A DNA stretch of 64,000 nucleotides from Octopus vulgaris (taxonomy: Eukaryota), in contig OX597830.1 in NCBI GenBank assembly GCA_951406725.2, positions 60,078,001 to 60,142,000 of the forward strand. Reading direction: 5' to 3'. Positions 11,655 to 24,553 of this stretch are shown here, piece by piece. How positions within the stretch are numbered: the stretch's first letter is position 1; every line of letters starts with the position of its first letter. The position numbers were made by a program, and so were the translations under genes. The notes under the pieces are model-generated. The model saw only the letters and a list, made by a program, of their open reading frames with translations, was not told the DNA's origin and searched no databases.

Positions 11655-11870
11655 TAATAGTTTCAGTCGATGGATTGCAGCCATGCTGGAGCATCGGCTA
11701 ACTTTTACTTTATTTATCTTTATTTAATTTTTACTTGTTACTTGTTTCAGTCACTTGCTGGGCCACAGCCTTGAAGGGCTTTAGTTGAAGAAATCAGTCA
11801 CAGGACTAACCCTAGTACTTATTCTATCGGTCTATTTTGCCGAACCGCTAAGTTACAGGGACATAAACAG
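11655..11870 (-). mobile_element. SINE family A 3' fragments
   Basis: TTTCAGTC..GCCATGCTGGAGC and TTGCCGAACCGCTAAG segments. Confidence 0.7.
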
Positions 11871-12072
11871 CCCATATACTACGGAAATCACTCTCTATCT
11901 AAAATGGAATAAATGTGGTTTTAATTTTAGCATGCATAGCATCGACCCCAGTGCGTAACTGGTACTTATTTAATCGACCCCGAAAGGATGAAAGGCAAAG
12001 TCGATTATAGATGTGTGTGACTGTGTGTGAGTGTGTACACACATACACACACACACACACATGCACACATAT

Positions 12073-12282
12073 CTCTTTTACTCTTTTACTTGTTTCAGTC
12101 ATTTGACCGCGGCCATGCTAGAGCAACGCCTTTAATCGAGCAACTCGACCCCGGAACTTATTCCTTTGTACTTATTCTATCGGTCTATTTTGCCGAACCG
12201 CTAAGTAACGAGGACATAAACACACCAGCATCGGTTGTCAAGCAATGCTAGGGGGACAAACACAGACACGCAAACACACACA

Positions 12283-12317
<35 letters not shown>

Positions 12318-12320
12318 GAC
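12073..12320 (-). mobile_element. SINE family A 3' half, ending at the (AAAG)n tract
   Basis: Identity to other family A copies. Confidence 0.85.
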
Positions 12321-12573
12321 AAAGAAAGAAGGAAGGAAAGAAAGAAGGAAGGAAAGAAAGAAGGAAGGAAGGAAAGAAAGAAAGAAGGAAGGAAAGAAAG
12401 AAGAAAGGAAAGAAAGAAAGAAAGAAGGAAGGAAAGATAGAAGGAAAGAAAGAAAGAAGGAAGGAAAGAAAGAAAGAAAGAAAGAAAGATAGAAAGAAAG
12501 AAAGAAAGAAAGAAGGAAGGAAGGAAAGAAAGAAAGAAAGAAAGAAAGAAAGGAAGAAAGGAAGACGGAAGGA

Positions 12574-12605
<32 letters not shown>

Positions 12606-12700
12606 AGGAAAAATAGAAAGAAAGAAAGAAGGAAAGAAAGAAAGAAGGAAAGAAAGATGGAAGGAAAGAAAGAAAGAAGGAAGGAAGGGAAAGGGAAGGA
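12321..12700 (+). repeat. (AAAG/AAGG)n polypurine microsatellite
   Basis: Direct read. Confidence 0.95.
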
Positions 12701-13264
12701 ATAGCTTTAAACATAATCCCTGTTACCATCACAACTACGCACACTACCAAGTCTTCGTCTGATCCCAGTTATCAATACCAATATCTGAACAGCAACAATG
12801 GAGGAAAAAGAAATAATTTACGACGCAGTTAATGTCGGAATAGACATAAAGTCAATAGTAGAATATACCAGACAACACAACCAGCATCACAACAATGACA
12901 TGGAGTCGATTATAGTAACGCGCAGAACAACACACACAACATCATGAATAGGACAATGGTACGAGTGTTTCAATTTGTGAGGAAGAGAGCAGTGTCGATA
13001 ACATTTGGGCACCAACACATGACTAGTACTTTAAGTCATCGACCCCGAAAAACGAAAGTCTAATTTAAACTCCCATTGACTAATTTAAACGCCATTTGAG
13101 CACAGAATGCAAGGAAGCGAATGAAATAGCATAAAGCACGTTGTCCGACGCTCTACCGAGTCTGCACATTCAACACAGCGGAGACAATGAAATCCATGCA
13201 ATAATACACATTACAACAAACTCTACAGAACGTTTTCATCAACACTTTCTTCTCACTCTCACAT

Positions 13265-13305
<41 letters not shown>

Positions 13306-13340
13306 TGTCTAAAGTCGAAAGACGCCTGTTGTTTTTGTTC

Positions 13341-13389
<49 letters not shown>

Positions 13390-13392
<3 letters not shown>

Positions 13393-13665
13393 GCTTTTTG
13401 TATTTATATTCGTGTAACATCGTCCGTTTTCTGTCCTTGTTTCGTATACATTCGATCCTTTTTCCAAGAAATCTAATGCTCGTAGCTTAGTTTTTCCTTG
13501 GGGATGGCCAGATAGGAGAAATCTCAAGATTAATCAACCGAAATTGCGAGGATGATCCGGTTCTTGACTGAAGATTAGAGGCTTCGAATGACCCGTCCTT
13601 TTTTTGTATCGTCTATTTGAATGTTTTACGTTCTTGTCCCATTTTGTATTTTTGTATATATATTT
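13390..13665 (+). repeat. interspersed repeat family C (also at 35209-35755), possibly a Penelope-like terminal fragment
   Basis: Shares CGTATACATTCG..GCTTAGTTTTT..GAAATTGC..GACTGA(A/G)GA..GAATGACCCGTCC..TTCTTGTCCCA with both copies near 35.2-35.8 kb. Flanked by simple repeats. Confidence 0.65.
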
Positions 13666-13685
13666 TTATACATACATACATACAT

Positions 13686-13742
<57 letters not shown>

Positions 13743-13745
<3 letters not shown>

Positions 13746-14062
13746 GGGAGACATTCGGTCACGACACTGACCATGGGATTGCACCTAGAAAGTTACCTTC
13801 CTAGTCTTATGGAAGACCAGCAGTCGCCCATACATATCGGTCTCCCCTCTCCACGCCACCAGTGTTATCCAAGGGAAAGGAAACAGCCGATACAGTTTGG
13901 TACCCGTGACGTCGCAACTCATTTCTACAGCTGAGTTAACTGGAGCAACGTGAAATAAAGTGTCTTGCTCAAGAACACAACACGCAGCCCGGTCCAGGAT
14001 TCGAGCTCACAACCTCACGATCGTAAGCTCGACGCTTTAACCACTGAGCCATGCGCCTTCAC
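13743..14062 (-). mobile_element. tRNA-derived SINE family C (CORE-domain-like)
   Basis: Reverse strand head GGCGCATGGCTCAGTGGTTAAAGCG..CTCGAATCC, followed by TTGTGTTCTTGAGCAAGACACTTTA..TTGCTCCAG..CTCAGCTGTAGAAATG. Confidence 0.8.
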
Positions 14063-14277
14063 AATATGTATACATACATATATTGTTGCTGCTGCTGTTG
14101 ATTTTATTGCCCCTCCCCCAGCCCCGTTTGGTGCTATGTCAATGGTAGAATTTTTTAAACTTTGAATTTTCAGTGATTAAACCTCCTCCTCCTCCCTTTC
14201 CATGAGCAACCAGCCATTTTTTTCCCTTTCACTCCCATTGTTGCTGCTGCTAATGTTATTACTTTTGTTAATATTGT

Positions 14278-14589
14278 GTTGTTGTTGTTTGTTCCTTCTC
14301 GAGCCATGCCTGGCTCATAAGGGCCGGCTTCCCGGTTTCCTTGGCATATAGGTTCCCCACCTGGACGGGAGGCCGATCCGTCGCAGGTGAGCTGCAAGAT
14401 GCAGGAGGAAAGAGTGAGAGAAAGTTGTGGCGAAAGAGTCAGCAGAAGTTCGCCATTACCTTCTGCCGGAGCCGCGTGGAGCTTAGGTGTTTCACTCATA
14501 AACACACACGTCGCCCGGTCTGAGATTCGAACCCACGATCCCTCAACCGCGAGTCCGCTGCTCTAACCACTAGGCCATGTGCCTCCACA
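14278..14589 (-). mobile_element. tRNA-derived SINE family D (V-domain-like) with (CAA)n tail
   Basis: Head TGGCCTAGTGGTTAGAGC..GGTTCGAATCTC; central CCTGCGACGGATCGGCCTCCCGTCCAGG..GAAACCGG resembles the V-SINE domain. Confidence 0.75.
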
Positions 14590-14604
14590 GTGTTGTTGCA
14601 ATGT

Positions 14605-15040
14605 CGTGAGCTGAAAGAACCGTTAGCACGCAGGGGAAAATGCTTAGCGGCAATTTCGTCCGTCTTTATCTTTTGAATTCAAATTCTGTCAAATTTAACT
14701 TTGCCTTTCTTCCTTTTAGGGTTGATAAAACAATTACTATTTGAGCACTGGGATTGATGTAATCAACGAATACTCTATCCCGAAATTGCTAACCTTGGGT
14801 CAAAATTGGAAACCAAAATTATTTCTTCACCCATTATTGTCACATATTAATTCATAATTTTCAGGCGGTGAGGTGGCCGAACTGTTAGCACGCTGGGGAA
14901 AATGCTTAGCGACATTTCGTCCGTCTTTATATTCTGAGTTCAAATGCCGCCGAGATCGACTTTGCATTTCATCTCTTTCGGGGTCGATGTAATCGACTGA
15001 CACCCTCTCTCGAACTTGTGCTAAAATTTGAAACCAATAT
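14605..15040 (+). mobile_element. two tandem diverged SINE family B copies (14605-14820, 14863-15040)
   Basis: GTTAGCACG..AAATGCTTAGC..TTCGTCCGTC..TTCAAAT motifs occur twice. Confidence 0.75.
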
Positions 15041-15046
15041 TTGTGT

Positions 15047-15438
15047 TACTCTTTTACTTTTTTACTTGTTTCAGTCATTTGACTGCGGCCATGCTGGAGC
15101 ACCGCCTTTAGTCGAGAAAATCGACCCCGGGACTTATTCTTTGTAAGCCCAGTACTTATTCTAGCGGTCTCTTTTGCCGAACCGCTAAGTTACGGGGACG
15201 TAAACACACCAGCATCGGTTGTCAAGCAATGCTAGGGGGACAAACACAGACACGCAAACACATATATATATACATATATACGACAGGCTTCTTTCAGTTT
15301 CCGTCTACCAAATCCACTCACAAGGCATTGGTTGGCCCGGGGCTATAGCAGAAGACACTTGCCTAAGATGCCACGCAGTGGGACTGAACCCGGAACTATG
15401 TGGCTGGTTAGCAAGCTACTTACCACACAGCCACTCCT
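15047..15438 (-). mobile_element. SINE family A, full length
   Basis: Identity to other copies; head at 15438. Confidence 0.9.
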
Positions 15439-15479
15439 GTGTTGTTGTTGTTGTTATTGTTACCCCTATATTTGTTGGT

Positions 15480-15780
15480 GCAATTTGTGGGACTCTGAAC
15501 TTTCAACACTTGAAAAACCTTAGCTTCGTCTTCCGGAGAAATGGGGATGAACATTTGACATATGCAAGGAGAGACCTTGATATTGCAGCACTTTTCTGTA
15601 CGATTTCTCTTCTCACCTCATTCAGTTTGTTGGTTGTGAACGTTGATACCACGTTAGTAGTAAAAACAATGTATTTTTCAAAGCAAACTTTGAAAATCTG
15701 TCTAATGAATTTGAGGCCCAAATGAGTGAAAGGCCAAAAAAGCCAACCAGTTTTATGTGTTCTGGTTGGCTTAAACAAAT
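15480..15780 (-). mobile_element. old RTE-like RT C-terminal fragment
   Basis: NEVRREIVQKSAAISRSL..RKTKLRFFKC resembles the RTE pattern EI..RI.KA..F..L..TK..IF. Confidence 0.4.
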
Positions 15781-16005
15781 GCTAGATTACAAAATTTCAA
15801 CAATAAACAACCTCTGATCAAATTTGAAAGTGACTCGACACGTTGCTGACAGCGCCACCATCACCACCGCCACCACCACCAACAACACCAGCACCACAAC
15901 AACAACAACAATAATATTAATAAAATATAGATATTTGTGCATGCATACATATTTCCGCGCACGTCTGTGTGCATGTACATACAGAGATAGAAAATGGCAC
16001 AGAAA

Positions 16006-16042
<37 letters not shown>

Positions 16043-16262
16043 GAGAGAGAGAGAAGGGTTATGCATGTATATATCTGTATTATATTTATTGAGTGAGGTA
16101 CCTTTTGAAAAGTCACCCGACGAGACACATCTGCACCGAAGGATGCACCACAGCCAGTTGTCCATAATCTCACTAGGGACCGATGCAAGATGGGTCGAAA
16201 TGACTCGTGAATTACATTTTCGGTTTCCCTCATTTGTTACATGTACATATAACGATATATCG

Positions 16263-16317
<55 letters not shown>

Positions 16318-16377
16318 ATGTATGGTTGCATAATAAAAACATAGTGTACGTATGCATGTATCAGTGACGACTCCGGC

Positions 16378-16698
16378 AGCGGAAAGTGTAACCCCTCGAA
16401 AGAGCTGTTCTTCACTCCTGCTCCAGAGCGTCGGCTGCGGGGTCATTCCGAAAAGCACTATCTGCGACGATTTCATCTCAATCGAAGGAGAGGGGCTTTC
16501 TCCGTCCGGGTTGCGGATCCGTGGAATAAGCTGCCGGACGAGATAGTGAAGATGCCGACGACCGCTCGGTTCAAAGTCTCTCTTGACCAGAAATAGCCTG
16601 AACTCTTTGCATGAACACCCTCCCTGTACATAACTCCATGTCCACCTACATGGCCTTGCTTTTTGCTTTTTGAGCCAAAAAATTAACTTAACTTAACT
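16378..16698 (+). mobile_element. 3' end of the same CR1-like LINE as 517-2430, with (TAACT)n tail
   Basis: Aligns to the reverse complement of 517-822 (GGAAAGTGTAACC..GAGCTGTTCTTCACTCCTGCTCCAGAGCG..TTTTGAGCCAAA). Confidence 0.9.
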
Positions 16699-18125
16699 CG
16701 GGCTGTTCGGGTTTAACCCAAGTATAAATTTAGTAAAGTGAACGTGTATTTTTGCTAACTGATTTAATTTCTGTCAACACTGACTTCAAGTATGTAATTG
16801 CAGTCCGTAACTCGGGTTCTTTTTACTGAGCCCAGTCGCAGTTCATTTATTTTCGTTCAGCGTCTGGCGGTCGTCTTAGACGTGTCAAAAATATCTTTCG
16901 TAGCAGACGTTCCCTCGACATCGTTCACATGCGCCTGACTCGGGCTCAGAAGGTACCAGCCTGATTTGTTATCTATAATCGTGAAAATTAAAAGCAATTC
17001 AAATTCAATGTTTTCTTGAAACAATAAAATGTTATAGAGATTAGGATTTTAATTCCAATCTATGAAAAGTTTCCGTTCTACAATATTCTTAAAGGAACAA
17101 AAGATTAACCAGAAACTCGGGCTAATACGAAGGAGCCTGGTAGGTGTAAAGGACTAACTGGCATCTCTTGTCAAGAGTACAGTTGACAGTCAGATCGCTG
17201 ATGTTTGTTGTGCATTCCGCTTTCATTATTTGATTGTTGTTATTTTGTGTGTCTGTGTGTAAAGATCAGTTGTGTTTTGCTGGGTTGCTTTATTTTACCC
17301 TTAACTTAAAATATTGCGGAAAAATGTGAAATTCTTCGAATATGTAGGCCGACTCAGTCATTGAAAACTAAAGTTGGAACTCGAACATTTCAGATAAAAT
17401 GGTACGAACAGATTGATTGGCTTTGTGCAAAGCGTCACAGAGAAACTCTGCTGCTGGGTATGTTTGTTGTTTCAACAAAAAGCTAATCAGTCGTGGACAG
17501 GTGGAGGCTAAAATGATTATAAAAACATCCTGAGTGACTGTAAGCATCTGAGTAAAATCAGTGAGTCATTTAAGTAGTTATAAAAGCTTGAAAACTTTCG
17601 GACTGTACGATATTTATTTCTTTACTACCCACAAGGGGCCAAACACAGAGGGGACAAACAAGGACAGACAAAGGGATTAAGTCGATTATATCGACCCCAG
17701 TGCGTAACTGGTACTTAATTTATCGACCCCGAGAGGATGAAAGGCAAAGTCGACCTCGGCGGAATTTGAACTCGGAACGTAACGACAGACGAAATACGGC
17801 TACGCATTTCGCCCGGCGTGCTAACGTTTCTGCCAGCTCGCCGCCTTGACAGCTATTAGTGAGTCTGCTCAACTGGAAAAAGAACGCCATAACAAAGCAG
17901 CTGAAGAAAATAGACAATATTTAAAGCGGTTAACAAATGCAGTGTTACATCTGTGAAACCAAGAGTTGCCTTTACGTGGACATGATGAAGGAAGTGACAG
18001 CCTTAATAGAGGAAATTACCGTGAACTGTTGCAGTACTTTGCCGGAATCGACAGCGTGTTTACTTCTAGACTTACTACTAAAGAGGGGTCGAAACAGTTT
18101 TCAGGAGTCTCAAGAACTGAAAGTG
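16699..18125 (+). mobile_element. hAT (ZMYM1/DUF4371, Tip100-like) transposon 5' remnant
   Basis: Fragments RTFQIKWYEQIDWL, KLCCWVCLLF and QELPLRGHDEGSDSLNRGNYRELL (17375-18125). ACTCGGG subterminal-like motifs at 16696, 16810, 16938 and 17115. Confidence 0.7.
17615..17846 (-). mobile_element. SINE family B (tail type 1) inserted in the hAT remnant
   Basis: Full reverse copy. Confidence 0.88.
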
Positions 18126-18364
18126 ATAGACAGTTGAGACAACTCGCTCCGGATCGAATTCGGGAGTGATGGGCACCGATATTTCACCATTTCTGTGGTT
18201 TGTCCGGAGCGTTTGTTCTTCCGCTTTCTGAGGAAGGAACGTGTTCCGCTCTGTTGTCCATCTGTTGTCAGTAGCCGCTAACTGGAGTACTGAGTCACAT
18301 GCTGTGACTAAATATGCGCAGACATGCGCTGAAGCTGCGACATTTCTAGCGTTTTCTTAACAGT

Positions 18365-18762
18365 GAGTGGCTGTGTGGTAAGTAGCTTGCTTACCAACCA
18401 CATGGTTCCGGGTTCAGTCCCACTGCGTGGCACCTTGGGTAAGTGTCTTCTACTATAGCCTCGGGCCGACCAATGCCTTGTGAGTGGATTTGGTAGACGG
18501 AAACTGAAAGAAGCCCGTCGTATATATGTATATATATAAGTGTGTCACTTTGTGTGTCTGTGTTTGTCCCCCTAGCATTGCTTGACAACCGATACTGGTG
18601 TGTTTACGTCCCCGTCGCTTAGCGGTTCGGCAAAAAGAGACCGATAGAATAAATACTGGGCTTACAAGGAATAAGTCCCGGGGTCGATTTGCTCGACTAA
18701 AAAGGCGGTGCTCCAGCATGGCCGCAGTCAAATGACTGAAACAAGTAAGAGAGTAAGAGAGT
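18365..18762 (+). mobile_element. SINE family A, full length
   Basis: GAGTGGCTGTGTGGTAAG head through GACTGAAACAAGTAAGAGAG tail. Confidence 0.9.
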
Positions 18763-19481
18763 GAGCACGTGTGGTCGCCTTTGTCAGACAAGATTTTCCG
18801 CAACTTGTCCCATTGATGGAGCTACAGTCCTGGGACAAGCGTAGACCGAGAAAGGACGCTTGGTAGCCGGAGTATCGGCAAGCACACCTATTCAGGCAAC
18901 ACAGTTGGTGGAAGTTCCACATTGGAGTTCCGTAGAGGATTAATAATAGTAAAGTAGCAATCAATTACTGGCGTCTATGGCATCAACATTACTGATCTCG
19001 TGCTTAAATTAGACACCGTTATTGCCATAGAAACATTCAGTTTGTTAAGCACTGTTATTGAGATAAAAGTAAAACGCAAAAAGTCAACAGGACCTTTTGA
19101 CAGAACTGCGCAGATTTAAATCAAAATTCGTTTTCCGAAATCATAATCGGAAGTGTCTACTGACGTATGCAACTGAAATACCAGTATTCTATTGTGTACA
19201 TGAATAAAATCTCATTTATCTCAGTGAAGTGGCAGTCCTCAAAATTCACTTCCTGATTTGTAAGATAGAAAAACATAGTTGGAAAACACAGCAAAACGAC
19301 TACTTAAAATTTCATACAATATTAAGTGTTGATAGTGTTTGTTAGAAAATATTAGTTCACGAGGTGTAGGCGAAGCAGCGAGAGTTTAAATAATAATTTC
19401 ATTCTCGGTAGGTTCGAATTTTCCAGAACGTATGGAGGGTTAATAGAAATGTTGTTGTTGTTGTTATTATTATTATTATTA

Positions 19482-19510
<29 letters not shown>

Positions 19511-19513
<3 letters not shown>

Positions 19514-19572
19514 TCACAGATCTCCGAAAACGCGGCCAACAGCTCCAGACATTAATAATAATAATAATAATG

Positions 19573-19637
<65 letters not shown>

Positions 19638-19660
19638 TTGGAGCCTCGCCGAAACCTCAA

Positions 19661-19707
<47 letters not shown>

Positions 19708-19763
19708 TATTATTATTATTAATGTCTGGAGCTGTTGGCCGCGTGTTCGGAGATCTGTGAAAT
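19511..19763. repeat. foldback: 42-bp unique inverted repeats plus (AAT)n/(ATT)n inner arms
   Basis: ATTTCACAGATCTCCGAAAACGCGGCCAACAGCTCCAGACATT-(AAT)n, a ~25-bp spacer, then (ATT)n-AATGTCTGGAGCTGTTGGCCGCGTGTTCGGAGATCTGTGAAAT. Confidence 0.85.
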
Positions 19764-19784
19764 TTTCTTTAAATTCGTGGTCCA

Positions 19785-20060
19785 TTAAATAAGTACCAGT
19801 TACGCACTGGGGTCGATATAATCGACTTAATCCGTTTGTCTGTCCATGTTTGTCTCCTCTGTGTTTAGCCGCTTATGGGTAATAAAGAAATAGGTATTTC
19901 GACCGTCGCTACGTTCTGAGTTCAAATTCCGCTGAGGTTGACTTTACCTTTCATCCTTTCGGAATCGAAAGGTTAAGTACCAGTTGAGTACTGGAGTCGA
20001 TGTAATCGATTATCCCCCTCCCGCAAATTTCAGGCTTTGTGCCTGTGGTAGAAAGGTTTA
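19785..20060 (+). mobile_element. SINE family B composite (tail type 1 followed by a headless copy with tail type 2)
   Basis: Direct comparison with 2811-3040 and 10560-10770. Confidence 0.8.
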
Positions 20061-22035
20061 TTATTATTATTACACATGTATTTTTTTAATTCTTTAATAC
20101 CTTACCTCTTACTAATTATCTTCGCCTTAGCGAAGCTGTTTTGAAAAAAAAATATTTGTAGTTGTAAAACCGAGAGACGGAACATTGGAATACTTCTGCT
20201 ATTAAGCTAGCCTTGACAACCATTTTCCCCCAAAGTATTTGTTAATTTATTATTTATGAAGTCATATATAAATAAAGAGACACTGACATTAACCAAACTC
20301 TTTAAAGTCAGAATGCCAAACCTCATCAGTAGTCCAGTTTGTCTAGTGGCATCTTTATTGCCATTTTCTAAGGTTGTTCGGTACAGTTTTTCTAGCGATT
20401 AGCTTTTATTTCCCTCCAAGCTAAAATACCATAATTTAGATGGAGCTGTACAAGAGAGAGACGTACAGGGCTGTGAGTGCATTCACAGGAAGGAATGTTC
20501 TGCATCTTTTTATAGCCGAGAAAGATGTTAAAGTTTTAAAGTTGATTAGCTGAACATGTTGAGTGCACTAAATTGTGTCATCTGTTTGTACATGAGGTCA
20601 GAGCGGTGCACGGCAGAGTCGGAAGAGGGTCAGATTGAATGCATTGTGGCATTTCGTCTATGTCACTTTACCTTTCGAGTTCGAATCCAACTGAGATCGA
20701 CTTTACCTTACTTTTCATTTAACCCGAGGTCGATGAAATAACTGACGATGAAATACCACTACGATCGATGTAAACAGTAGCACGTACCAGTAATTACATC
20801 TCACAGTCAATTAAATTATTCACGGAAAACAGAAATATATAGAATCAAGATGGAAAACGTATCACGCAAGATAGAATGTGTACGAGATTGGAATATGTGG
20901 CATATCTATATCTATCTATTTATCTGTCTATCTATCTGGTAGTGGTTTAATATATTATGTGATTGGGTATTATCTGGTAGTTGATAATTGATTTAGATGT
21001 ATTTCTCCATTTTCTTATTTTGTATGTATATATATATATATATATATCAAAAGGATGTGTTATAATACTATTCCACAGCCATACCAACAATCCAACATAC
21101 CTCCATCATCAGCTGCCCCACGGATAATATTACGGTTTCGACACCTGGACAGTACCATTCAATCCGGCAATGTCAAAAGCACTAAAATAAGTGTTTTTTA
21201 CGTATGTATGTATGTATGTATGTATGTATGTATGTATGTATGTATGTATGTATGTATGTATGTATGTATGTTTGTATGTATGTATGTATGTATGTATGTA
21301 TGTATGTATGTATGTATGTATGTATGTATTATCAAAGGCTGGACACACAGAACACAACAAGGAGAAAACGTTAGATGAAAGCAGAGCAAACTGGAAACTA
21401 GACGAAAACTTAGACGGGAAAACTTAGACGGGAAATATAGACAAAGACGATACACGGAAATATTCGCAGCTGAGTTTTCCTCGTCACTCAATGACCCAAA
21501 ATACCAAAGTGGTTTCGTGCCATTACCATTGAGACCACTCAATCTTGGAGGCGTTATATATATATATATATATATGTTTCGTCGTGGAGGTAAGTTGGGA
21601 TGAGTTTTGTCCCAGTATTGTTTTAACCGCTTCATGTATCCAATTGAAGGGTCATCTCGGGCCTTTCCATAGCCCCGAAGTAAATCTTTGTTCAGGTGTT
21701 GAGTCCAAGAGAAAAGTACTTACGTCTTCTTAAATAACTTACTGGTGAAGTAGTTCTGTTTTCATCGGTGGTGACGTTGTTAGTTTCATCTGTGTTGGTG
21801 TTAGTTCCAGCCATAATCGTGTTTGTGAGATTCCACGTGGTGTAAGTGTATATTTTAAAATCTGTTCAGAATAACGCTACGTTGGTGAGTAAAAGGTGTT
21901 TCTCTTATTAATTATTGGAGAAATAAACTCGTTATCGATTTAGGCTGCAGAAGTCGGCATATTTCTAGTGGAAAGCTTTCAAAACGGACTTTTTAAACGG
22001 TCCTCTACACCTGCACGGCCGATGCTGACGGCGCC

Positions 22036-22364
22036 ATGTATGTATGTATGTATGTATGTATGTATGTATGTATGTATGTATGTATGTATGTATGTATGTG
22101 TACGTACGTATGTATGTATGTATGTATGTATGTGTACGTACGTACGTACGTACGTATGTATGTATGTATGTATGTATGTGTACGTACGTACGTACGTATG
22201 TATGTATGTATGTATGTATGTATGTGTACGTACGTATGTATGTATGTATGTATGTATGTATGTATGTATGTATGTATGTATGTATGTATGTGTACGTACG
22301 TACGTACGTACGTATGTATGTATGTATGTATGTATGTATGTACGTATGTATGTATGTATGTATG

Positions 22365-22395
<31 letters not shown>

Positions 22396-22416
22396 GTATG
22401 TATGTATGTATGTATA
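22036..22416 (+). repeat. (TATG)n/(TACG)n compound microsatellite
   Basis: Direct read. Confidence 0.95.
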
Positions 22417-23059
22417 TGCCAATCAAGTTTAAATACACACCACACAAGATGGTATATAAATGAACCATATGAAATATGTGTCAAGATGAAATTTGTAGCT
22501 GCCTCGATGAACTATAAGCCACCAACATGAAATATGTACCATTAAAATGAAATATGCACTATCAACATGAAATATATTCCATCAAGATAATACAGCAATC
22601 AATATGAAATATGTAGCAGTCAAGATGAGATGTGTAATTAATTATCCATGCATCCAACGGTCGATGAAACAATTATCAGTCAAATTCTGGAGTCATTTTG
22701 TTTGTTTTATGCCAAACCTTTGAAATCATCAGTTCTGATAGGACAAGAGAAGTAATATCACTTTTCTCGTGTTCTTTCTATCTTTGCATTGCATATATTC
22801 AATGTTGCTGTTTATTTCCAAGGCGGCCCTGATTGAGCAGACTTAGGTCAAAGGTATGCCAACAATGACCACCACGACTCAATTTCAGGAATAGTGTACT
22901 TAGAACTAGTCTATTCAATTTGTTCTTTTATAAGACGGTTAGGTGTAATTTTAAGGATCTGGTCAATACTCTCTCATTGGCACTATTTTTCCAGTAAGTA
23001 AGCTGTGCTTCCAGTAATACTTTGAGTTAAGTAAGCAATATCTATTGAGCTCAGGACAC

Positions 23060-23270
23060 CGAGCTGGCAGAATCGTTTGCACACCGGGTGAAATGCTTAG
23101 TGGCATTACGTCTGTCTTTACCTTTCTGAGTTCAAATTCCGCTGAGGTTGATTTATGCCTGTCATCCTTTAAGGGTCGATAAAATAAGTTACCAGTTGAG
23201 CACTGAGGTCAATGAAATCGACTTGCCTTCTCTCTGAAATTCCTGGTCTTGTACCAAGATTTAAAATCAT
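23060..23270 (+). mobile_element. SINE family B, diverged
   Basis: GAGCTGGCAGAATCG..GAGTTCAAATTCC..GGGTCGATAAAATAAG. Confidence 0.8.
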
Positions 23271-23399
23271 TATGCGTTGAGTTTAGTTATTTCTTGCTGA
23301 GTTTAATACTAGTTTATTTGAATTAAACGGAGCTGATAAATCGGATCTTTTTAAAAATACGTTTCAACATTGATATTCAGTGAGAATTGTCTCAGATGC

Positions 23400-23820
23400 A
23401 ATCATAAAAAGTGGAATAACTTCAGCTTTGTCTTTATATGAATAGTAATAGACTTGGTCCGAGTAGTGATCCTTGTGGGACTCCTGGTACTCTGCTACTT
23501 TCGATACATCTGATGGTGTGTAAATATTATATTACATTTTCCACAATAGGCAACGATTTAATAATTCATTTGCACTGCTTCGTATCCCATTCTGTTGTAA
23601 TTTCGATGTTATCATTTGGTAGCAGGCATGAAGCCACTTGTAGCAGCTTTTATATCAAGAGATTAGAGGATTGTGTAAATATACGGAGTGTCAAATGCGG
23701 AATCTGGCTAAATTGGCGATGGTCTGCGTTATAAGTGGAAATTTGTTGAGAGTCTGAGTGGAAAAGCGAGAGAGGTTGGGGTGTAGTCACTTTGGTTGTG
23801 AGCAAGTAGAGGCAGTAAGT
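23400..23820 (-). mobile_element. old LINE RT fragment
   Basis: Reverse strand encodes GVPQGSLLGPSLL near 23445-23485. Confidence 0.55.
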
Positions 23821-24553
23821 GGGGAATAACATTCATACAATATTGAGCTATACATGTTTTAACAATGATTACACATGCAATATAAAGAAAAAAATATTAA
23901 TTTTATTGAAAAGTTCTGGTTAAGAAAGACAAGGGAAATAACTCTGTATGTCTTGCAAACAACTTACACATTCAAGTGCTACCAGTCAGAAACTCCTCAT
24001 ACTGGAAGCCAGCAAGTGCATGGGGTCAGTAGGAGAGAATGCGCGCCGTTTCGGGGGCTACCTCTCGACGGCATCAATGCGCATCGCCCCCCCCCCCCTC
24101 ACTAATATGAAACCCCGCTTGCTTGATCAACTGGTTATCAAATAAAGCTTAATATTCTTCTAGCCATCGCTCATCGTCTCTTTTTAACCAAATCCAGTGG
24201 CTAGCCTTCTCCACTAATTAATTAAAATCTATATAAATACTTAAATAGCAGTTGGGAGATTATCTTTTGGCAAATAAAGTGACCACTCTGGATATGTTTT
24301 GCTCTTATAAGTCATGTTTAGTTATACATACGCTTTCCAGTACTTAAATCATGGTGATCACCTCCACATTTGAATATAGGGAAAAAAATCACTGCATCTC
24401 AGTTTTTTTTTTTTAATCTTGATTTCAGGAATCTGTTGTAAATAAATTTTCTAAAATATCCTCAGAAGTAATGGTAATTCATTGAACCCAACGAAGGTAT
24501 TAAGGTTCATAATAACACTAGTAAATTTAATATTATTCACGTTTGTTGACATA

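Noticed and set aside
12235-12750. KERK-rich and FFLS-rich ORFs
   Set aside because: (AAAG)n microsatellite.
14510-14589. tRNA gene candidate
   Set aside because: It is the tRNA-derived head of a SINE and continues into SINE body with no proper acceptor stem or terminator.
21420-21960. MKRLKQYWDKTHP peptide reminiscent of the R4/Dong-like N-terminus
   Set aside because: Too short and disrupted to call without a search.
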